A stretch of DNA of 64,000 nucleotides, taken from assembly GCA_029856045.1 (NCBI GenBank), contig JAHQWG010000016.1:96001-160000 (forward strand), read 5' to 3'. Below, in pieces: positions 57,947-64,000 of this stretch. The stretch's first letter is position 1, and each line of letters begins with the position of its first letter. The position numbers and the translations under genes were made by a program. Under the pieces are notes generated by a model. The model worked only from the letters and a program-made list of their open reading frames with translations, was not told the DNA's origin and searched no databases. The stretch comes from Promethearchaeia archaeon. Lineage in GTDB: Archaea > Asgardarchaeota > Lokiarchaeia > Sigyniarchaeales > SOKP01.

Positions 57947-58966
57947 TTATTTTAATTGTTGGCTTTCTCGATTAACATATGTAATTTCTACTTGTGAATC
58001 AATAAATTTTTGAGCGCCTCTATTGGTCTTTCTAAATTGTATTAATCTTTTTTTGGGTCCGGGTACAGAACCTAAAAGCATGATGTAGTCACCCTTTACA
58101 ATGCCATATCTAATAAATCCACCTTTTGGATTAATTTCTTCGCCGTTCTCACCAATTTGCATAATTCTTTTATGGTATTCCGTTCTTTGGTGAAAACCCA
58201 TTTGTCCTGCTCTTGGAACTGTATATAAAACTCTAGCGGGATGCCATGGACCGATGCAAGCAACCACTCTCCTAGCTTTACTATTTTTTCTAGATAAAAT
58301 AGTAATTCCAAATCGTTTAACTGGACCTTGGAAACCTTTACCTTTTGTAATACCAATAACATCAACTAAATCTCCAAGTTTGAAAACATCTCGAACTCTA
58401 ATTTCCTTTCCCAAATTTTTAAAAGCTAAATTTAAAGCTTTCTTTGGATCATTACCATTAGAAATTTTTATTTCAATAATATCTGGTTTTTTCCGTGGTA
58501 ATGAAGCTTTATGAGGTTGAGTTTGAAAAATTCCAAAAATCTCTGCTCCCTCTTGGATTTTTTTTTCAATTTCTTTTTTATCTTCTTCTGGATTAAAATT
58601 TTCTAATTTAATATTTTTAATCTTTCTTTGAAGATATTTATTAATTTCTTTAGTGAAAATATCTCCAATTATATATTTTCCATAGTTATCTTGATTATAT
58701 ATTCTAATTCCAATTAGTATTACTGGAGGAGTATCGATGATAGTAACTGGTTTCATTAATTCTTTACCAAATGTAGAACTATATTTATAATCATCGATAT
58801 ATGTAATATGCGTCATTCCTGCTTTAAATCCACAAAAACCCAAAAAACTTGTTTCTCCCTCATGATATCCCCAATGTTTAATGTGCCCCTTTATTGAAGA
58901 TGCTCGTTTTCTAGGTAAAAATGCAAGAGAGCCATGCCTTGGCGCGTGTTGCTTTCGATGTCCCAT
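57947..58966 (-). CDS. rpl3: 50S ribosomal protein uL3
   Basis: PRHGSLAFLPRKRA, GFKAGMTH, TKGKGFQGPVKRFG, CIGPWHPAR, RAGQMGFHQRTE; ATG 58966 follows SD AGGTG. Confidence 0.97.
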   Translation of the reverse strand: MGHRKQHAPRHGSLAFLPRKRASSIKGHIKHWGYHEGETSFLGFCGFKAGMTHITYIDDYKYSSTFGKELMKPVTIIDTPPVILIGIRIYNQDNYGKYIIGDIFTKEINKYLQRKIKNIKLENFNPEEDKKEIEKKIQEGAEIFGIFQTQPHKASLPRKKPDIIEIKISNGNDPKKALNLAFKNLGKEIRVRDVFKLGDLVDVIGITKGKGFQGPVKRFGITILSRKNSKARRVVACIGPWHPARVLYTVPRAGQMGFHQRTEYHKRIMQIGENGEEINPKGGFIRYGIVKGDYIMLLGSVPGPKKRLIQFRKTNRGAQKFIDSQVEITYVNRESQQLK

Positions 58967-59267
58967 TTTGTTTAACACCTAAATTAAATAGATAAAAGAA
59001 ATAAAATAAATAAATTTTTTGATACAAGAAAAATTAAATAAGATTAAAATAAGATTAAAATAAGAAAATGTTGATAGATTTCTTGAAATTGTTAAAATTA
59101 GAGAAATTTTATCACTTAATTAATTTTTTGATTAATTGTAAAGATTTTAACATTTTTATCTTAAAGCTTAATTTTTTTAAATATTTCTATCTCAATTCAT
59201 TTTTAATTTGTTCCCTCCCTCCCTCCTAGGAATAAACTTCTTTTTAAAGGAAATCTTGTTCTATTAG

Positions 59268-60398
59268 ATGGTAATCTCCTTTTCAAAAAATGAAATAAAA
59301 GATTTAAGTCTTTTTATTAATAAAAAGGGTGTTTTATTTAATTTGTATCATAATTCAAATTTTGAAAGAAAAATCTCTAATAATTTACTTACTTCTTGTC
59401 CAGAATGTGGTTGTAAAATAATTAATTCTGATTTTGAAAGAGTATGCAAAAATTGTGGACTTGTTATCGGTGAAATTTTCAGTGATCATTCATATATAAT
59501 GAATAATACGATTGAATCATATAATTTATCAAATAAGCAATATGTTGCGTTAGGAGAGCGAATTAATTTTATTGGGGGATTGGGAACTTGTATAGATTTT
59601 GAGAATTCTTATTATCTTAAGGATAGAAACGGCAAGTTATTATCTCCAAATAGTCAAAAATTATTTCGTCGTTTAAAAAAAAATTATTCTAAATTTATTA
59701 GAATTAAAAATTTTGAAACAGAATATAGAATTTTAAAAATTTTAAATAATGTTATTTCATATTTAAATTTAAATAATAATATCAGAAATAATGCAGCATA
59801 TTTTTATAGGAAAATAATAAAATCTGCTCCTAGAATAATTAATAATATTTCACTCATCGCTTTTTGTCTATTTTATTCATTAAGACAGAATAATGATTAC
59901 ATTCCACTATCAATAAAAGAGATTTCGGAGATTTTTCAAATAATTGGTCACCGTGTCACACCTCGATTAATAATTCGTGATGGAATCATGTATAAGAAAT
60001 ATCTTGATAAGAAGGATTCCTCCCTTAAAAGTGAAAAATATCTACCAAGATTAATTAATGAAATTGTTGCCCATAAATCTTTAAAAGAACGTTTAATCAA
60101 GAAGGAAATTAAATGGAATCTTAGTAATTATAAGAAGGAATTAACAATAATGTCAGAATATTTGCTAAAGAATCTTAATCAAAAACAAAGAGGTGGAAGA
60201 AATCCATTAATTCTGGCGGGAGCAATAATTTATTGTGCAGATAAGATTTTAGCAATTAAAAATTCTCAAAAAAAGATTTTAACACAAAAATTGATATCGT
60301 TAGCTACAAAAATTGCAGAATATTCAATCAGAGATCACTATGTGTCATTATTAAAACCCATCTTTCTGGCAAAAAATTTAAATAAAATTCCCAAGTAG
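59268..60398 (+). CDS. divergent TFB/TFIIB-family paralogue
   Basis: CPECG..ERVCKNCGLV, GLGT.I, cyclin folds, GRNPLILAGAIIY, LTQKLIS..AEYSIRDHY. Confidence 0.8.
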   Translation: MVISFSKNEIKDLSLFINKKGVLFNLYHNSNFERKISNNLLTSCPECGCKIINSDFERVCKNCGLVIGEIFSDHSYIMNNTIESYNLSNKQYVALGERINFIGGLGTCIDFENSYYLKDRNGKLLSPNSQKLFRRLKKNYSKFIRIKNFETEYRILKILNNVISYLNLNNNIRNNAAYFYRKIIKSAPRIINNISLIAFCLFYSLRQNNDYIPLSIKEISEIFQIIGHRVTPRLIIRDGIMYKKYLDKKDSSLKSEKYLPRLINEIVAHKSLKERLIKKEIKWNLSNYKKELTIMSEYLLKNLNQKQRGGRNPLILAGAIIYCADKILAIKNSQKKILTQKLISLATKIAEYSIRDHYVSLLKPIFLAKNLNKIPK

Positions 60399-61682
60399 AT
60401 AAGATCCTTCTATTTTTTCAATTTTAATATTAATAAAACTTCCAATTTTTCCTTCATTGATATAAATTGGAACATAATAAATATTTTTTCCAAAGAATAA
60501 ATTTTTTCTTATCTTTTTTGTAATTAAAATTTCACCCTTCCAATTTATCCACTTTCTAAAATGCTCCAACTTTGTTCGATTATAAAGATTACTCAGTTCT
60601 CTCGTTCTTAGTTTAATAATTTCACTTTTAATCTGTGGTTTCTTTTTTGCAAGAGTTCCAGGCCGAGGTGAGAATTTTGAAATATTAAGAATTTCTGGGT
60701 TTAACCATTTAATAAACGAAAGAGTTTCTATAAATTCCCTTTGATTTTCCTCTGGAAATCCACAAATAATATCTGTTTCTATAGTTAATCCAGGAATTTC
60801 TTTTTTTAAATTTTTTAATTTTTCTTTTAATGTCTGAATTTCATAATTTCTACCCATTTTTTTTATTATCTCATCACTTCCAGATTGAATTGGAATATGT
60901 AGGAATTTGTATAATTTCTCATTTTGATAAAATTTGATAAAATCATCAGAAAAATCAATGAAAAATGCTGGATTTATCATTCCTATTCGTAAATAAAATC
61001 TCTGATTCAAAGTTAAAATCTCTCTTAGTAAATCTATAAAATTTAATCCATTATAATAATAACAACTACAATCCTGAGCCGTTAAGAAAATCTCTTTTTT
61101 TTCACCTCTTAATTGATATTTTACTTGATTTAAAATGCTCTCTAAATCAAAACTATATGATATTCCTCTACTATTTTTAACACAACAGTAAGTACAACTC
61201 CCCAAACAACCCTCAGATATGGGGATTATTGCTGTAGTATTATTTTGTGGATAATTTAAAAGAAATTTGGATTTATCAATTCTTTTTTCAGATTTTATAA
61301 TTATATTTGTTTTTCCTTTTAATATCTCTTCTAAGATTAAATTAATTTTATGAATACTGTCAACATCAATTATTGCTGAAAATGATGGAACTAAGTTAAC
61401 AATTTTCTTTAAAGTACTATTAGTGATTTGAGGCAAACAACCTGTAATAATTATTTTTTTTTTTAAAAATTTTTGAGAGAGAATTTTCAATTGATGCATG
61501 ATTTTATTCTCAGTCACTCCCTTGACTGCACATGTATTAATTATAATAAAATAAGAGTTTTGGATTGAAGTTTCAGTAAAATTATTCTTCTTAAGGATTT
61601 CTCGTATTATTTGAGAATCTACTTTATTATAGGCACATCCATAGGTTTGTAAGTAGAAAGTTTTTTTTTTCACAAAATTCAC
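60378..61682 (-). CDS. tRNA t6A37 methylthiotransferase (MtaB/CDKAL1-like radical SAM)
   Basis: TYGCAYN..DS, INTCAVK, GCLPQ, EGCLGSCTYC, LHIPIQSGS, TDIICGFP.E, SKFSPRPGT. Confidence 0.9.
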   Translation of the reverse strand: MNFVKKKTFYLQTYGCAYNKVDSQIIREILKKNNFTETSIQNSYFIIINTCAVKGVTENKIMHQLKILSQKFLKKKIIITGCLPQITNSTLKKIVNLVPSFSAIIDVDSIHKINLILEEILKGKTNIIIKSEKRIDKSKFLLNYPQNNTTAIIPISEGCLGSCTYCCVKNSRGISYSFDLESILNQVKYQLRGEKKEIFLTAQDCSCYYYNGLNFIDLLREILTLNQRFYLRIGMINPAFFIDFSDDFIKFYQNEKLYKFLHIPIQSGSDEIIKKMGRNYEIQTLKEKLKNLKKEIPGLTIETDIICGFPEENQREFIETLSFIKWLNPEILNISKFSPRPGTLAKKKPQIKSEIIKLRTRELSNLYNRTKLEHFRKWINWKGEILITKKIRKNLFFGKNIYYVPIYINEGKIGSFINIKIEKIEGSYLLGNFI

Positions 61683-61816
61683 AAAAAATATTTAAATCGT
61701 ATAAAAATCTTACTAAATTCCATAAATAAGTTTTATTACTTTTAAGGAGGAATCCGATGTATCTGATTTCTTTTTTTCCATTATTTTAATCATCAATACT
61801 TAAACAAATTAAATAA

Positions 61817-61912
61817 TGCTTCTGGGGGGATTTGAACCCCCGTCAGGAGGGTGAGAACCTCCGATGCGTTACCCTAAATTTTATTAGTTTGACCGAGCTA
61901 CACTACAGAAGC
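61817..61912 (-). tRNA. tRNA-Glu(CTC) with 21-nt D-arm intron (~61868-61888, position 21/22)
   Basis: Acceptor GCTTCTG/CAGAAGC-A, anticodon arm GGAGG-TT-CTC-AC-CCTCC, T arm GGGGG-TTCAAAT-CCCCC; insert contains CTAA/TTAG stem. Confidence 0.9.
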
Positions 61913-62002
61913 ATAAATGACCTTATCAATAGAATTTTTTCGAAATTAAATATATAAAAAATTTGGTATTGGATTTGAGATTATAATATTCTTATCCTTT
62001 AT

Positions 62003-62407
62003 TTAAAAAGAATTTTTTCTTAGTTTCTCTATTAAATTTAGAAAATTTAATAATGTAAACGAATAAGATTCTAAATTTTTTATTTGATCCTCATCTTCCA
62101 ATTTACTTAATAGCCATTTAAATTTATTAATTAAAATATTCTCTAATTTTTTAGTAACTTCAGTATAATTACTTAATGTTGGCTCTTTTGTATATTTTAA
62201 ATTTTCTACACTGATGTCATTATACTTCTTAATTATTTCTTCTCCTTCTTTAACAATTCTTACTTTCTTATTACAAATTGGGCAGAAAACATCTTCACTC
62301 TTGAATTTAAATAAAGGAGAATTACAAACAGGACAAGCCTTATTTAACATTGTTGAGCCTTTTCTTAAAAGTTCTGCCATTTTTTTAAAATCTTTTTCTT
62401 TAAGCAT
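62003..62407 (-). CDS. UPF0148 / SSSCA1(ZNRD2)-like Zn-ribbon protein
   Basis: KKMAELLRKGSTML..ACPVCNSPLF...VFCPIC. Confidence 0.85.
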   Translation of the reverse strand: MLKEKDFKKMAELLRKGSTMLNKACPVCNSPLFKFKSEDVFCPICNKKVRIVKEGEEIIKKYNDISVENLKYTKEPTLSNYTEVTKKLENILINKFKWLLSKLEDEDQIKNLESYSFTLLNFLNLIEKLRKNSF

Positions 62408-62433
62408 TTTCTTTACAATTATACTCTCTTTTT

Positions 62434-62637
62434 CTAATTAGATTCCTTTTTTTCTTTTATATTAAGCAGATTTACAACATATCCGGCTATTCTATTTCTT
62501 AAGTGTTTTGAATCTATCTCCGCATACTTATTCAATAAATCTTTATTTTTATTAAAGTCGGTAGTAAAAATATTCGGATATTTCTCAATTAATTCTTTTG
62601 AAATATTTTTTATTAAAATAGTTCTAATTTTTCCCAT
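62434..62637 (-). CDS. rps17e: 30S ribosomal protein eS17
   Basis: MGKIRT..IK, FTTDF..NK, SKHLRNRIAGYV. Confidence 0.96.
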   Translation of the reverse strand: MGKIRTILIKNISKELIEKYPNIFTTDFNKNKDLLNKYAEIDSKHLRNRIAGYVVNLLNIKEKKESN

Positions 62638-62759
62638 TTTTTCTTAAATTCCTCTAATTTCAATAATAATATGAATATTTTATTATAAATCTTAAATTTT
62701 TTGTTTTTAAAATAACATCAATTATTTATTTTAAAATTATATTCTTCTATAAAAAATGT

Positions 62760-63101
62760 TGATGACAAATGAAGAGCATACCCACCCTTTAGTTTTATTT
62801 TTTGTCACCAAAAAAAAATTCGGATATTAAACTAATTCGGCATACCTAAAGTTCAAATCCAAAATTTCATCACTTTTATTTTGCCTTTCTCCAAGATTTT
62901 ATATCGTTTCAACATATCCCTAATAATAAATTTTCCTTGAATTTCTAAACAATCTCAAATCATTAAAATCAAATTATAGGGCTGTTCCGTTTCTATAATT
63001 TATAGATGATTTCTCATCATTTAATTAATCTTGTTTGGATATGAGGGGTGAAGTTCCTCATTGTAGATACAACGTTAATCCGAGCTCTTCATTTGTCATC
63101 A
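62760..63101 (-). ncRNA. rnpB: RNase P RNA
   Basis: 18-bp P1 TGATGACAAATGAAGAGC/GCTCTTCATTTGTCATCA; CR-I TGAGGAACTTCACCC pairing with CR-V AAAGGGTGGGTAT (P4); P2 TCGGAT/ATCCGA; P9 GATGA-GAAA-TCATC; CR-II ATAGAAACG; CR-III TTGAAACG. Confidence 0.88.
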
Positions 63102-63216
63102 TTTAATTAAAGAAAATCATTATTATTAAATATTTTTCATAGCTAGATTCAAAAAATAAGTATTTTTTATCCAAAGAAATTTAAATCAAAGGAATTTAAA
63201 GGTTAGCAATTAATAA

Positions 63217-63546
63217 TTAAATCAAGCTCTTTATTTCAGAAAAAGTCTCATCTCTTAATCTCTCGACATCTTGTAACTGAATTTCATCTGCTTGTTTAGC
63301 AGGAACTTTTAAATTTACAACTGAATTGATAGCTTTTATTTCTTCTGAAGAAATAGTGAATTCTACACCTAATCCCTTTACAATTATTGAAATTTTAATT
63401 GGAAAAAATTGAATTTTGATACTTCTTACGATTCCTACTTTTCTAGCATAGGAATCAATTACTTCAAGACCAATTAATTTTCCTGGTGCAGGAAGTTCAT
63501 ACAATTCTGTTTCGATTGTAGTATTAAGTATTTTATCCAATTTCAT
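63217..63546 (-). CDS. PRC-barrel domain protein
   Basis: KLIGLEVIDSYARKVGIVRSI..I..I.V....I..E.I..I.S.V.LK. Confidence 0.75.
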   Translation of the reverse strand: MKLDKILNTTIETELYELPAPGKLIGLEVIDSYARKVGIVRSIKIQFFPIKISIIVKGLGVEFTISSEEIKAINSVVNLKVPAKQADEIQLQDVERLRDETFSEIKSLI

Positions 63547-64000
63547 TATGAATCAATTTCAATTATCAAAAAGAAATAATAATATATCATGTGTATATTA
63601 CAATCACAATGATATAAATTTCTAAAAAAGCTCGAAAATTAGATATAATAATATTATCCTCTAAGGAAATAGAAATCAAATTACGATAAATCAATTTCAA
63701 CATTTAAAAATCTTCTTTAAATAAAAAAGTATAATAATTATTCATTTAAGAAAAATCCACTAAATAAATTCTTCTCCATTAAAAATTTGTTCAATTTAAT
63801 TCGACAAAATCCTGTAAATAATATAAATATAGAATCTTATCTTTCTATTTTTTTGATTAATGCTAAATTATTATTTTTCTGATTTATGTTTTATGAATTT
63901 TTATTTTTATTTAATAATAAATTAAAACTCTGTTTATTATTATTAATCTCATTTTTTTTTAAATAAATATACTAAAAGAGTGGGAAAAGATAATTCATAA

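Noticed and set aside
59030-59068. Short AATAAGATTAA tandem repeat
   Set aside because: Two to three low-complexity copies, expected by chance at this AT content
760-62441. Numerous 60-130 aa ORFs antisense or out-of-frame to longer genes (e.g. 2089-2352, 3367-3708, 8965-9354, 16139-16441, 47150-47425, 57176-57475)
   Set aside because: Shadow frames of well-supported genes; F/I/S/L-rich composition is expected from the reverse complement of AT-rich coding DNA
62760-63101. MITE with 18-bp terminal inverted repeats
   Set aside because: The inverted repeat is helix P1; the interior contains RNase P conserved regions I-V

Overview
Very AT-rich archaeal chromosomal window, most consistent with an Asgard archaeon of the Lokiarchaeia type. 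This assignment is inferred from archaeal L15e/S17e/TFB/class I LysRS/tgtA occurring together with Roadblock, MglA-like GTPase, uDENN/longin-like, EMC6-like and site-1-protease-like genes. Content is mostly housekeeping: valS (partial), smc-scpA-scpB, tRNA modification, trpB2, pyrI, rqcH, RNase P proteins, ABCE1, lysS, L3-L4-L23. Several elements are missing from the ORF track: three tRNAs that all carry introns at non-canonical positions, the RNase P RNA, a box C/D guide RNA predicted to target the 23S P-loop (Gm2251 equivalent), a small RHH regulator, an internally deleted ino1 pseudogene, and two genes that appear to start at ACG. The strongest candidate novel system is a 25-codon leader ORF ending in W-R-W-Q-W-A-W-R-W directly upstream of trpB2 and followed by alternative hairpins, i.e. 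a putative ribosome-dependent tryptophan-sensing attenuator in an archaeon. The second is a 1476-aa SMC with no recognisable hinge and arms built from tandem ~90/97-aa modules. No CRISPR array or transposase was seen. All family assignments come from motif recognition by eye; no database searches were run.
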